In this document: positions 7,820 to 17,252 of the stretch, one piece after another | Layout: each line of letters opens with the position of its first letter | Position numbering within the stretch: the stretch's first letter is position 1 | Source of the DNA: a virus | Lineage: Duplodnaviria > Caudoviricetes | Length of the DNA stretch: 25,365 nt | Reading direction: 5' to 3' (one strand) | Virus record (IMG/VR): IMGVR_UViG_3300027808_000151 | Location: 1 to 25,365 of that record | Program-made: the position numbers and the translations under genes | Notes under the pieces: generated by a model | Seen by the model: only the letters and a program-made list of their open reading frames with translations | What the model was told of the DNA's origin: nothing | Database searches by the model: none

Positions 7820-7973
7820 TTTTTGCTCCTAGCTCAGTGATTGACGACAAAATCGCTTTTTTAGCGTTTTTACGATCATATTTTACGACATTTCTGTGTT
7901 CTTGTACAGGTTTGATTGCAGTACGACATACCGGACGTTGCAATTTTACAACAAAACTCATTTTTTTACTCAT
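7803..7973 (-). CDS. 56-aa basic hypothetical protein (not in ORF track)
   Basis: MSKKMSFVVKLQRPVCRTAIKPVQEHRNVVKYDRK...; starts directly after the upstream stop, GAGG upstream. Confidence 0.55.
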   Translation of the reverse strand: MSKKMSFVVKLQRPVCRTAIKPVQEHRNVVKYDRKNAKKAILSSITELGAKNVTKY

Positions 7974-7974
7974 T

Positions 7975-8304
7975 TTAGCGCCTCATTTTTGAAATTTCTA
8001 CAGCTTCTTCACTGTTAAACACAGGTACAGCGTTTGATTTGTGCATTGTTGCAATTCCAATCACTTTTGTACCTGTATAAACCTTTGGTGTAGCTTTGGT
8101 TGCAACACCATTGCCTGTATTTAATGACGGATAACGCACGGTTTCACGGCCGGCAGGCGTTGTCAGCTTATATGTTAGTTGATTGCTTGTGGATTTGATT
8201 GGTTTTGATGTTTGGTGTGATTTCAACCACTCATCATACTGTTCACGCACGGATCTTGGTCCTAGTTTTTTCTTGGACCTTGCAGTTCGAACATATATCA
8301 TCAT
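7975..8304 (-). CDS. conserved T4-like phage hypothetical protein
   Basis: YTG...GIATMHKSNAVPVF motif; AGGAG RBS; first gene after a sigma70 promoter. Confidence 0.8.
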   Translation of the reverse strand: MMIYVRTARSKKKLGPRSVREQYDEWLKSHQTSKPIKSTSNQLTYKLTTPAGRETVRYPSLNTGNGVATKATPKVYTGTKVIGIATMHKSNAVPVFNSEEAVEISKMRR

Positions 8305-8328
8305 AAAAATCTCCTAAACAATGGTTGT

Positions 8329-8357
8329 ATTATACACCATATGATAGAGCTTGTCAA
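8329..8357 (-). promoter_or_regulatory. consensus sigma70 (early) promoter
   Basis: TTGACA-17 nt-TATAAT on the minus strand. Confidence 0.85.
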
Positions 8358-8361
8358 CAGC

Positions 8362-8383
8362 TGTGTTGTTAGTTTACAACACA
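8362..8383. repeat. inverted repeat just upstream of the -35 box
   Basis: TGTGTTGT-tagttt-ACAACACA. Confidence 0.65.
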
Positions 8384-8390
8384 AAATTAA

Positions 8391-8576
8391 TTAATATGTT
8401 TTACTTTTTTTTCTTGCGGATTTTTGATAATCTTCAGAACCTTGGAAATAATCATAATCTTCATAATTTGATTTTTTTCTTGAGGTTTTTTGCTGATTTT
8501 TTTTCTTTTTACTTGAATGAAATTCAAGTTCTTCTTCGTAGTCCGAATTACGAAATTTACCGAAAACTTTAGACAC
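8391..8576 (-). CDS. small basic hypothetical protein
   Basis: GTG start with GGAG upstream; K-rich. Confidence 0.65.
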   Translation of the reverse strand: MSKVFGKFRNSDYEEELEFHSSKKKKNQQKTSRKKSNYEDYDYFQGSEDYQKSARKKSKTY

Positions 8577-8581
8577 TTTAA

Positions 8582-8971
8582 TTAAACTCCTTGATTAATA
8601 ATTTCAAATGTTGTGAAAGTAATGCCACGAATACGTGATTCTGGCATATTCTGCATGTTCATCTCTGAAACATAGGTTATATTGGATACGGGATAACACA
8701 ATTTTATAAGTTTTAACAAATTACAGCATGTTCCATCGAAATCATTAAATGTAAACACTTCATCGACAAAAGGAAAACTTTCCACGACTTCTCTTCTTTG
8801 TGAAAAGTTGTTTCTGGCACCGGATCGACATAATTCCATATAAGAATCGGAATGTATGCCGACAACAAGCCAATCACACTTTGTTTTACAAGTTTTTAAT
8901 AATTTAAACTCATCATAAGATACAGGATCAAATTCACCAGATACGATAATGATGTTTTCTTTTTTTGTCAT
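8582..8971 (-). CDS. degenerate cytidylyltransferase-like (TagD/RfaE-like) protein
   Basis: IVSGEFDP, LVVGIHSD and VDEV are retained, but HxGH is replaced by SYDE. Confidence 0.7.
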   Translation of the reverse strand: MTKKENIIIVSGEFDPVSYDEFKLLKTCKTKCDWLVVGIHSDSYMELCRSGARNNFSQRREVVESFPFVDEVFTFNDFDGTCCNLLKLIKLCYPVSNITYVSEMNMQNMPESRIRGITFTTFEIINQGV

Positions 8972-9393
8972 GGCAACATGTCTGGAAATGCCTCTTTTAC
9001 AAATTTATAGTCTAACCCTTTTACTCCCAAATCTTTTTGGAAGATACCCAATAAAACTTCTGCTTCTCGTGGTTCAATCGATTCTAACATTTGAATTAAT
9101 AATTCATTTCTACGTTGTTCACTTAATTTTTCTGCGGTTGCATCACCATCCATGAACATATACATTTTACGTATTTGTCCATTAAGGCTATCATGCGTGA
9201 TGCCAGGTAACATATCCGTAGGAACTTTATAGTTCTCCGGCAACTCTTTAATTTTCCATTTAATTTTTGGATGATAAGCTAGCTTTAATACATCAACCAA
9301 TGTTTTTGAAAGATTTTTGGAAATTACATCCATTCTTTCTTTTTTGTTTTTTGCTAGTTCAAATTCATCAAAAACTTCATATAACGATTTCAT
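8968..9393 (-). CDS. conserved T4-like hypothetical protein downstream of rnh
   Basis: RRNELLIQMLESI.PREAEVLL...VKEAFP pattern; coupled to rnh. Confidence 0.8.
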   Translation of the reverse strand: MKSLYEVFDEFELAKNKKERMDVISKNLSKTLVDVLKLAYHPKIKWKIKELPENYKVPTDMLPGITHDSLNGQIRKMYMFMDGDATAEKLSEQRRNELLIQMLESIEPREAEVLLGIFQKDLGVKGLDYKFVKEAFPDMLP

Positions 9394-10256
9394 TAAAATT
9401 CCCCAATAACATCTATTAAACTTTTCAGTTTATTTGCAATCAAATAATCCAGTATTTTACCCTTAGGCGCTGGTTTGGTTTCTTCATAAGTATTTATAAT
9501 TTTATTTTGTATATCAATAGGTATGTTTCTCAAGTCAATCAATGTCTGGTTGCGTGAAAAACCGATACGTGCATTTTCATCATCATAATCACCATAGTTT
9601 TGTGACATAAATTTAGTGAGTTTGGCTTCTGTCATAACCTTTTGGCGGATTCCACGAACAAACGTGTCACTCGGTGAAAGTATGTTTGGAATACCATCAC
9701 CTTTGTCGCCAGTGATGATTTTATTTTTCAATTCATCCATTGGACTTTTGGAAATTAAGAATTTCTTTTGTGTTGGATTGTATTGTTTAATACTAAACTC
9801 ATTTCTACCATTATACATCTGTAATTGTAGAAAATCACCATCACTGGAAATTATTAGTATATTTTCATGCATAATGTGTCGTGGTACAAGTGTGCCAATA
9901 ATGTCATCAGCTTCTGCACCATCGACATCAATTACCTTGTATGGGAAATTATCTCTGAGTTCTTGTTTGAATTTTGAAAGCATATCAAAAATTAAATGCC
10001 AATCAAGTTCAGATTTCTCTCTAGTTTTTTTACGACCGGCCTTGTAGAAGGGAAAGAACTCCTTGCGCCAATAATTGCGGTTGTCAGCACACAACACAAC
10101 TTCGCCATATCCTTCACGGAAGTTCTTTAGGTGCGTCCTGATGATGTTCAGGATCATATGCCTTATAAGACCCTCTTCCAGTTTAACACCTTTTTGACTG
10201 GCAATTTGTGCCATTAGGCCTGACAACAATACTTGGTTAAGATCAACGAGAATCAT
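9393..10256 (-). CDS. rnh: T4-type RNase H (5'-3' exonuclease)
   Basis: MILVDLNQ, YWRK..FP.YKA.R, EADDIIG, ISSDGDFLQL, GDKGDGIPN. Confidence 0.95.
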   Translation of the reverse strand: MILVDLNQVLLSGLMAQIASQKGVKLEEGLIRHMILNIIRTHLKNFREGYGEVVLCADNRNYWRKEFFPFYKAGRKKTREKSELDWHLIFDMLSKFKQELRDNFPYKVIDVDGAEADDIIGTLVPRHIMHENILIISSDGDFLQLQMYNGRNEFSIKQYNPTQKKFLISKSPMDELKNKIITGDKGDGIPNILSPSDTFVRGIRQKVMTEAKLTKFMSQNYGDYDDENARIGFSRNQTLIDLRNIPIDIQNKIINTYEETKPAPKGKILDYLIANKLKSLIDVIGEF

Positions 10257-10282
10257 AATATACTTTTAGTTTAGATTTTACT

Positions 10283-10311
10283 ATTTTACATCATTGATTC
10301 GAATTTGTCAA
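10283..10311 (-). promoter_or_regulatory. sigma70-like promoter for rnh
   Basis: TTGACA-17 nt-TAAAAT at the end of the upstream gene. Confidence 0.7.
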
Positions 10312-10630
10312 CAGCATCATCTAGGAAATTATTTGAGGTTGTGGTTTTCTTTGCGACTAAACCGTACCACCCTTGTGGAATCAATTGCGATACGTATTCC
10401 CTAGGATCGGCAAAGATTGCATCAAATGTGTCCAGATGTTCTACTGTACCGTTTTCTTCGTTGCATTTAAACAACAAGATATGCCACCAAGACCCAATAA
10501 TATTACCTTCTATTGGTTGACCTGGAATTTTGTATTTATTTGTTACGATGTTGATACTATCTTCATCTTCCATTGGTAAAAAGAATAATGCATCAAATTC
10601 TTCACTAATGTCTTTCAAATAATCTAGCAT
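10286..10630 (-). CDS. hypothetical protein
   Basis: 114 aa, acidic, overlaps the GIY-YIG stop. Confidence 0.75.
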   Translation of the reverse strand: MLDYLKDISEEFDALFFLPMEDEDSINIVTNKYKIPGQPIEGNIIGSWWHILLFKCNEENGTVEHLDTFDAIFADPREYVSQLIPQGWYGLVAKKTTTSNNFLDDAVDKFESMM

Positions 10631-11037
10631 TGCAATCCTTTAATGTGTGATTTTCTTACTCTTACCATAATCCAAGAATTGTAATAGTCATCTGTTTCCA
10701 GAGCACCATTTACAAACTGTTCTTTTGCTTCAAGATAACCACACTCACCTTTGCTTTTGCATAAATGTATAATTTCTCGGCTAAACGAATCTAGTCCGTG
10801 TATTATAACATCTTTTTTTAATTCCTCGTTACTACCATAATAAGTTTGCCAGTCCGAGGAAACTTTGAAACGTTTCTTCTTACCTTTTACTTGTCTGGTT
10901 TTTGAGGAGTAAAAGAATTTCTTACCAATGTATTTTTTATTTGTTACATTGTTGGTTATAAGATACACGAATCCATAATACTCACCAATTAAATCTTCTG
11001 TAAAATCTTTATCTTTATGTATCCAGTTTAGTCCCAT
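10624..11037 (-). CDS. stand-alone GIY-YIG family nuclease (Seg-like catalytic domain)
   Basis: YGFVYLITN...KKYIGKK, YYGS, later E and N of the GIY-YIG core. Confidence 0.8.
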   Translation of the reverse strand: MGLNWIHKDKDFTEDLIGEYYGFVYLITNNVTNKKYIGKKFFYSSKTRQVKGKKKRFKVSSDWQTYYGSNEELKKDVIIHGLDSFSREIIHLCKSKGECGYLEAKEQFVNGALETDDYYNSWIMVRVRKSHIKGLQC

Positions 11038-11219
11038 TTTTCATTATCATCATTGAGTTCATCATCCTCTATATATTCTTCTTCGGATAATGAATCAATG
11101 GTTTCACCACAAAATGGGCAAAACTCGGGTAATTCTTCTGATACAAGTTCTTGCATATAAATTACATCATAGCTGGATTCACAACTACTACACTCTGCTG
11201 TTATTGTTTTTGTTGTCAT
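11028..11219 (-). CDS. small zinc-ribbon protein
   Basis: CSSC...CPFCG with acidic tail. Start moved to the ATG at 11219 (AAGGA RBS). Confidence 0.8.
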   Translation of the reverse strand: MTTKTITAECSSCESSYDVIYMQELVSEELPEFCPFCGETIDSLSEEEYIEDDELNDDNEKWD

Positions 11220-11229
11220 ATGTTTTCCT

Positions 11230-12216
11230 TTAGTTTGCCCACACATCACCCCAATTTCCAGACAATGCACCTTTTGCATAATCGGTTGCACGGTTCTCGA
11301 AAAAGTTTGTATGTGTTGGTGCGTTAATCATTTCCTCTACCCAAGGTAATGGATTTTTCTTCACTTTAAAAATGCCTTTAAGACCAAGAGATATGAGGCG
11401 TCTATCGGCAATATAACGAATATATTTTTTAACATCTTCACTAGAAAGTCCTTCCATAGCACCCATTGAAAAAGCAAGGTTGATAAATTTATCTTCTAGT
11501 TCAACCATTTTTTCTGCAATAGTATAGATACGACCTTTGAGTTCATCATTCCATATCTCTTTGTTTTCTTCTATATAGGTTCGGAATAATTTAATCATAG
11601 ACTCAGCATGTTGTGTTTCATCAACAATAGACCAAGTAACGATTTGTCCCATACCTTTCATTTTACCTGTACGTGGAAAGTTAAGCAACATAATGAAAGA
11701 AGAGAATAACTGCATACCTTCGGTGAAAGCACTGAACACGGCGATATGAGTTGCAGTTGAAGCTGCATTACCATTTTTAGAAGAAATGTCCAACACATAA
11801 TCGTGTTTGTCTTTCATTTCTTGATAGTCTGAAAATTGGTTGTATGTGGCTTCAGGTAAACCTAAAGTTTCAATTAAGTGACTGTAAGCAGCAACGTGTA
11901 ATGCTTCTCTTGCAGCAAAACCTAACAACATCATACGCACTTCTGGTTGTGGAAAATATGGCAAATAATTCTTAACATATCCACCAGCAACATCAATGTC
12001 GCCTTGTGTAAAGAAACGGAAGATGTGTGTTAGAAATTGTTTTTCTTCGGTTGTTAATTTCTTTTTCCAATCTTTAACATCTTCTGACATTGGAACTTCT
12101 GTATGCAACCAATGTGATTGTTCGTGTTTCAACCATGCATCATATGCCCAAGGATAATTGAAAGGTTTGAAACTGTTTCTTTCATCCGTAAGTTTAGATT
12201 CGATTTTCTTAATCAT
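11230..12216 (-). CDS. nrdB: class Ia ribonucleotide reductase beta subunit
   Basis: FFTQGDIDV, REALH..AY, TEG, DETQH, NFFE.RATDY; ATGA overlap with thioredoxin. Confidence 0.95.
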   Translation of the reverse strand: MIKKIESKLTDERNSFKPFNYPWAYDAWLKHEQSHWLHTEVPMSEDVKDWKKKLTTEEKQFLTHIFRFFTQGDIDVAGGYVKNYLPYFPQPEVRMMLLGFAAREALHVAAYSHLIETLGLPEATYNQFSDYQEMKDKHDYVLDISSKNGNAASTATHIAVFSAFTEGMQLFSSFIMLLNFPRTGKMKGMGQIVTWSIVDETQHAESMIKLFRTYIEENKEIWNDELKGRIYTIAEKMVELEDKFINLAFSMGAMEGLSSEDVKKYIRYIADRRLISLGLKGIFKVKKNPLPWVEEMINAPTHTNFFENRATDYAKGALSGNWGDVWAN

Positions 12217-12458
12217 ACTGTTGCCCACTCTTTTAATTCTGTGACGGTTTTGGATCCAACCAATCGGTTAACTTCGATGTTTTCATCCAACATCACTAAT
12301 GTTGGTACACCACGAATACCATATTCAACTGCAACGTCAGATTGAATATCAATGTCAATTACTTCAATTGGTAAACCGAGGTTTGCTTCTTCTAAACTCA
12401 TTGCTAATGATTTGCATGGCCCACACCATGACGCGGTAAATCTTAATATTTTTTTCAT
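12213..12458 (-). CDS. trxA: thioredoxin
   Basis: WCGPC active site and GVPTL cis-Pro motif. Confidence 0.93.
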   Translation of the reverse strand: MKKILRFTASWCGPCKSLAMSLEEANLGLPIEVIDIDIQSDVAVEYGIRGVPTLVMLDENIEVNRLVGSKTVTELKEWATV

Positions 12459-13105
12459 TTCTTTTCTTTCTTTTCTACTTGTTCGTACATTACTGTGTTT
12501 GTATCACCTAATGCCCATTTTGAATCCGTTTCGACCGACCATTTTTTCATGGCAACCTTAAAATCTGGCATCTTCAATTCTTTTGGATTGCTACTTGGCT
12601 CTAATACAATTAATCGATTATTTGGCTGAGCAGCAAACTGCCCATTATCACACATGATGAAATTATAAGACTTGTGGTCCTCGATATCTTCACTAAACCC
12701 TGTATCAAGTACGTTAAAATCAGGATGAGCAGAATCAACTGTAAACATATAAACACCATACTGCCAATCTCCATTCTTTAATTTAAATTTACACTTCATT
12801 GATTGTAACTGTGCTTTTTTAATAACAGTTATATCATATGATAAACAATCCCACAACTGGAGATAATCTAATGGTAGTGGTTCACCTTCAATTGGTTTCC
12901 AACAATATGCATGTAGAGGTAATTTATCATATAATGCACCATAATTGTTTAGATATGATTCAATACGAAATGCTTGACCTCTTAAAGATTTAATACTTAT
13001 CCACCAACAAGGTTCAAGTTCTCCATGACCTTTCTCAAAGTCATACAAAAATTCTTTACGAACAAAACATTTTATTGGTGGAAGATTAGCGACAATATGC
13101 GACAT
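12455..13105 (-). CDS. conserved phage hypothetical protein
   Basis: 216 aa; LQLWDC, EDHKS and GQFAAQPNNR motifs; coupled within the nrd operon. Confidence 0.8.
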   Translation of the reverse strand: MSHIVANLPPIKCFVRKEFLYDFEKGHGELEPCWWISIKSLRGQAFRIESYLNNYGALYDKLPLHAYCWKPIEGEPLPLDYLQLWDCLSYDITVIKKAQLQSMKCKFKLKNGDWQYGVYMFTVDSAHPDFNVLDTGFSEDIEDHKSYNFIMCDNGQFAAQPNNRLIVLEPSSNPKELKMPDFKVAMKKWSVETDSKWALGDTNTVMYEQVEKKEKK

Positions 13106-13108
13106 TTA

Positions 13109-13747
13109 TTATCTTTCCATTAATTCGTTTACAAACTCTAGTAGTTGTATGTGGTGTTTACCATTATGATACTTACCTTTCATCCAACTATAACTTTCAT
13201 ACCAATGTGATTGGCTTTCGGGATGACAACCAATCAGACCAATTCTACCTTGTATAATAGCCATCGGATCATCATTCATATACTTTGCAATGATATCATA
13301 CTGTCCTGGTCCAAATGCACACCCATCATAAAAGAACATGTTATCATCAATGCCATTCCATACGATAGGCATGTTCTTTGCATGGGGTCGCCGTGTATCT
13401 GTGTTTGGTCTTTTTATATATTGTTCAACTTCTACGTTGTCTAGTATATTGAGGTAGTGTTTACCTGCCCAATATGCACCCATACAAATACCAAGATAAT
13501 GCCCACCATTCTTCACAAATTCTTTTACACGATATGCATTGTAATTAAATAATCTATCATATGAATCAGAATCACCAAAGCCACCCGGTACAGCAATCAT
13601 TTGCACATCATCAAAGAAATCATCTTCTAGTTCATTCTTTGAAAATATTTTAAAATTATAGTGTGAACCTAAAGCCTTGATGATTCCATTACCACTTTGC
13701 ACTGAACATTTTGGATCATATATAAACAATGCTATAGTAGGTTTCAT
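13109..13747 (-). CDS. BPL_N-like class I glutamine-amidotransferase-fold protein
   Basis: AVPGG, GGHYLGICMGAY nucleophile elbow, HPE. Confidence 0.8.
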   Translation of the reverse strand: MKPTIALFIYDPKCSVQSGNGIIKALGSHYNFKIFSKNELEDDFFDDVQMIAVPGGFGDSDSYDRLFNYNAYRVKEFVKNGGHYLGICMGAYWAGKHYLNILDNVEVEQYIKRPNTDTRRPHAKNMPIVWNGIDDNMFFYDGCAFGPGQYDIIAKYMNDDPMAIIQGRIGLIGCHPESQSHWYESYSWMKGKYHNGKHHIQLLEFVNELMER

Positions 13748-15532
13748 TCAACCCTCACAGGCAATGCAATCATTTCCTTGTGCTACTTGAATCATGTCCA
13801 ATTCTTTAATTACTTGACGTTCAATTTTCTTAGAGACTTTATCTGCCTTACCAATCTTTTCTGAACGGCAATAGTAAAGTGTTTTCAATCCTTTTTTCCA
13901 TGCCATAAAATGAATTGCATGAATGTACTTGATATGTGCATCAGGACGGAAAAACAAATTTAATGATTGTGCTTGGTCGATATATTGTTGACGATCAGCA
14001 GCCAATTCAATAACCCATCGTTGGTCAATTTCCATGGATGTTTTGAATACTGCTTTTTGATTTTCATCAAGAATATTCAAATGTTGAACTGAACCATCAT
14101 TTGCAATAATTGATGACCAAACATCATTGTATTCTTCTTCTGTTTGTGTTAAACCTTTGATGATTCTATCCAACCAACGATTCTTGTTTAAGAATGCTCC
14201 TGAAAGAGTATCTTGGCGATAAGCATTAGCACGATAAGGTTCAACACTAGGGCTAGTGTTTCCCATAATAATGGATGATGAAGCATTTGGAGCAATAGCC
14301 ATCAGATGACTAAATCGCTGGCCAGTACCAACAGCATCAGGAGCTTCACCTCGTTCTTTTCCAAGAATTTGATTGGCTTCATCTAATTTTTCTCTTATGT
14401 GTTTGAAGATTTGATTATTTGAAACTTTTGCCATTACACCTTCAAATGCAATATTATTCTTCTGCAAGTAAGCGTGTAATCCTAAGGCACCAATGCCAAT
14501 AGAACGCTCACGGCTAGCAGAGTAAATAGCCCTGGAAATGGTATCAGGTGCATTAGTAATAAAATACTCCAGAACGTTATCGAGCATTTCAGCAACATCC
14601 CTAAGGAATAAAGGTTCATTCTTCCATTCATCATAGTACTCCAAATTTAAAGATGATAGGCAACACACAGCTGTTCTTTCTTCATTTGTTGGTAAAATGA
14701 TTTCTGAACAAAGATTTGATTGATGTACTTTCAATCCTTTATCTTTTAAAAATTGAGGTAACATTCTATTGCTTGTATCAATGTAGTGTATGTAAGGCTC
14801 GCCTGTGTGCATACGTAATTCTAATATTTGTTGCCATAAATGTTTAGCAGAAACCGTTTCACGAATTTCTTTTGATTTAGGATCAACTAAATTCCATGAA
14901 TCATCAGCTTCCGGATTCAACATGCAATTTTCAATCAACTGCATGAAATCATCGGTGATATTAATACCATGGTGTAGATTTAAACAACGCACATTGGGAT
15001 CACCCGTTGGCTTACGCATTTCTAAAAATGATATAATGTCGGGATGACTGATATCAAGATAAGCAGCATAACTTCCACGGCGAGTACGACCCTGACGGTA
15101 AGCAAGAGATGAAGCATCGTAAATTTTGAGGTGCGGCATAACACCAGTACTCTTGTCGTCTGCACTACGTATACCAAAGCCAATACCAACACCACCGCCA
15201 AGCATAGAAAGCCAATTAGTTTCGCTAAGATTATCAACTAGACCCTCCGCTGTATCTTCAATATAGTTAAGAAAGCATGAAATAGGCATGCCACGCTTAG
15301 AACGACCATAGCTAAGAATTGGAGTACTATAACTGAGCCAATGATTAGAGGCGTAATCGTAAAGGCGCTGAGAATGTTCAGTATTGCTTCCAAATGACGA
15401 TGATACATATGCAAACCTTTGTTGTGGTGATGTTTCATCATCACGCATGTAAGACTCTTGTAATCTTTTAATTCCTAATTCATCAAATAGTTTATCTTTT
15501 TCCAAGTCTATTTTGATACCCATATATTCCAT
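13748..15532 (-). CDS. nrdA: class Ia ribonucleotide reductase alpha subunit (short, no ATP cone)
   Basis: PISCF, SNLCSEI, APNASS, DQAQS, LYY, C-terminal CIAC. Confidence 0.95.
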   Translation of the reverse strand: MEYMGIKIDLEKDKLFDELGIKRLQESYMRDDETSPQQRFAYVSSSFGSNTEHSQRLYDYASNHWLSYSTPILSYGRSKRGMPISCFLNYIEDTAEGLVDNLSETNWLSMLGGGVGIGFGIRSADDKSTGVMPHLKIYDASSLAYRQGRTRRGSYAAYLDISHPDIISFLEMRKPTGDPNVRCLNLHHGINITDDFMQLIENCMLNPEADDSWNLVDPKSKEIRETVSAKHLWQQILELRMHTGEPYIHYIDTSNRMLPQFLKDKGLKVHQSNLCSEIILPTNEERTAVCCLSSLNLEYYDEWKNEPLFLRDVAEMLDNVLEYFITNAPDTISRAIYSASRERSIGIGALGLHAYLQKNNIAFEGVMAKVSNNQIFKHIREKLDEANQILGKERGEAPDAVGTGQRFSHLMAIAPNASSSIIMGNTSPSVEPYRANAYRQDTLSGAFLNKNRWLDRIIKGLTQTEEEYNDVWSSIIANDGSVQHLNILDENQKAVFKTSMEIDQRWVIELAADRQQYIDQAQSLNLFFRPDAHIKYIHAIHFMAWKKGLKTLYYCRSEKIGKADKVSKKIERQVIKELDMIQVAQGNDCIACEG

Positions 15533-15545
15533 ATTTTTTACCTTA

Positions 15546-16193
15546 TTATTTCGTTATAAATTCTTCTATCATCGGAAATACTGATTTAATTTGTTCTACG
15601 CAGGCCAATGCAATATCCTGATGTTCTTTTTGTGTACCATTTGCGCTACGGAGTTGTATATAGTGAACCCAAGAACGCAGCGTTCCGTTCATATACAATC
15701 GTGAACCTGTCATACCTTCTGGTAATACTGCTCTCGCTTGTTCCTTAGCAATACCATTGTTTATTGCCCATTGATACGTATCCAAAATTTCATCCATTAC
15801 TTGATGCTGTCTTTGTCTCCATGTTTCAGCAAGTTGAGTATCATCTGTCTCTATGCTATTCTGACGATTCTTAGTATCTTGTAATCTACATTCTTTTAAT
15901 TCAAATCCTAATTGAGTCGCTTCCGCATATCGTTGACTAAATTCCTGAAAGGAAAATGAACGATGCCTTAAAATCTGTCTTGCTATATCTCGTGTGGTGT
16001 CTATTTCTAAACATATGTTCACCATTTCAAGTGGCGACCAATGTTGGTTTTTGATAAGATACCGAACCAACTTTTCAGAAGTTTCAGTATTATTTTGATT
16101 TGCGGGATTTGAGACTCTGGCTGCAAATGCAACCTGTTCTAACAAATCTTTACCGTCTATACCCTGTGTGTATGATATCAATTTCACATTCAT
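15546..16193 (-). CDS. thyX: FAD-dependent thymidylate synthase
   Basis: HWSPLE and RHRSFSFQEFSQRY motifs. Confidence 0.95.
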   Translation of the reverse strand: MNVKLISYTQGIDGKDLLEQVAFAARVSNPANQNNTETSEKLVRYLIKNQHWSPLEMVNICLEIDTTRDIARQILRHRSFSFQEFSQRYAEATQLGFELKECRLQDTKNRQNSIETDDTQLAETWRQRQHQVMDEILDTYQWAINNGIAKEQARAVLPEGMTGSRLYMNGTLRSWVHYIQLRSANGTQKEHQDIALACVEQIKSVFPMIEEFITK

Positions 16194-16206
16194 AACAAAT
16201 CTCCAG

Positions 16207-17220
16207 TCAAGTCTTTTTCCAATTAATAAATTCCATCTTTGCTCTCAAATTCACAAAGGTATGTTTACTTATGATATCTTGTATTTCATCAGGTGAAAAA
16301 CCATTTAAAACCATATCATTTATATCTTTTTCTTCCATCATTTCTGGCCAGATTACTACATTGTAGTGTTCTTCAATGGCTTTGTCCATCTGGCTATGTA
16401 GTTCTTTGTTTCTTGGTTCATTATCATACACTAAAACAATCTTAGACTTATCAAAGTGCTTTGAAGCAGCCATTAAGTTTGAGTCCGCAGTCGCCACAGC
16501 GTTCTCTAGAAACATGGAGTCAATAGGACCTTCCACGACATAAATCATTTCTTCCTTATTGATCCTGTCAGTTCCGAATAACTTGTGGTTGTCTTTGTCT
16601 GTTTTTACGGTGATGTATCTCAGTTTAGATTCACCTAGTGCGCGACCTTGAAAAGCCACAAGGTTTTTATCTTCGTCATAGAACGGAATGACTAGTCTAG
16701 GGTCATCTTCCTTGAGACCTTCTTTTTCAATCTGAAGGGAGTCCACGAAACTCTTGAAATCTTCTGCAAAGTATAAATCCGAATGAAATCTCTCTGGTAT
16801 TTTACGTGACTTAACGTACACTTTAGCATAATGTTCTTCTGGTAAAGAGTTGATCGATGGTATAACCAGAGATTTCTTAAATTTAGGTGCTTCCGTTTTG
16901 ACTTCATCGAAAGTAGGTTTAACGTAATTGTCTCGTCCCTGTTCACCATTTTTGTATCTTTCAAGTGCATATTCTTTAACTAGGTTTGGATCAACCTTCT
17001 CCAGGAAATTATAAAAAGAAGTGGATGCACCACAGTTATGGCACATGTAGAAGTAATTGTTCTTTTTTTCGTAAACATAACCACGGGCTTTGGTTTTGTT
17101 CTTGCTTGAATCGCCACAGAGAGGACACCTGAAGTTATACAGGTTATCCTTTTTCTGTGTGAATTTTTGAAGCTTTGGAGATACCCTTAGTAAAAAGGTT
17201 CTATCAATGAAAACGGACAT
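16207..17220 (-). CDS. T4 gp61-like DNA primase
   Basis: RCPLCGDS...CHNCG zinc finger; TOPRIM VEGPIDS, YDNEPRN, KDINDM. Confidence 0.95.
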   Translation of the reverse strand: MSVFIDRTFLLRVSPKLQKFTQKKDNLYNFRCPLCGDSSKNKTKARGYVYEKKNNYFYMCHNCGASTSFYNFLEKVDPNLVKEYALERYKNGEQGRDNYVKPTFDEVKTEAPKFKKSLVIPSINSLPEEHYAKVYVKSRKIPERFHSDLYFAEDFKSFVDSLQIEKEGLKEDDPRLVIPFYDEDKNLVAFQGRALGESKLRYITVKTDKDNHKLFGTDRINKEEMIYVVEGPIDSMFLENAVATADSNLMAASKHFDKSKIVLVYDNEPRNKELHSQMDKAIEEHYNVVIWPEMMEEKDINDMVLNGFSPDEIQDIISKHTFVNLRAKMEFINWKKT

Positions 17221-17252
17221 AACAAAATGGTTTAGAGTTTACGAGAAACTCG

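Noticed and set aside
7803-7973. Resemblance of the basic 56-aa ORF to ArfA-like ribosome rescue peptides
   Set aside because: Only a loose Y.RK similarity; the KGKGS motif is absent.
9491-9498. TATAAATA on the minus strand inside rnh
   Set aside because: Could be a late promoter for 8968..9393, but an AT-only 8-mer within coding sequence is expected by chance in this genome.
10624-11037. GIY-YIG gene as a mobile homing endonuclease or intron
   Set aside because: No DNA-binding tail, flanking genes are uninterrupted and no intron structure is seen; more likely a resident nuclease.
11220-11291. Longer start for the zinc-ribbon ORF
   Set aside because: Overlaps the nrdB 3' end; the ATG at 11219 has an AAGGA RBS.
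13748-15532. Short nrdA as truncated, split or intein-containing
   Set aside because: All catalytic motifs and the C-terminal CxxC are present; it only lacks an ATP cone.
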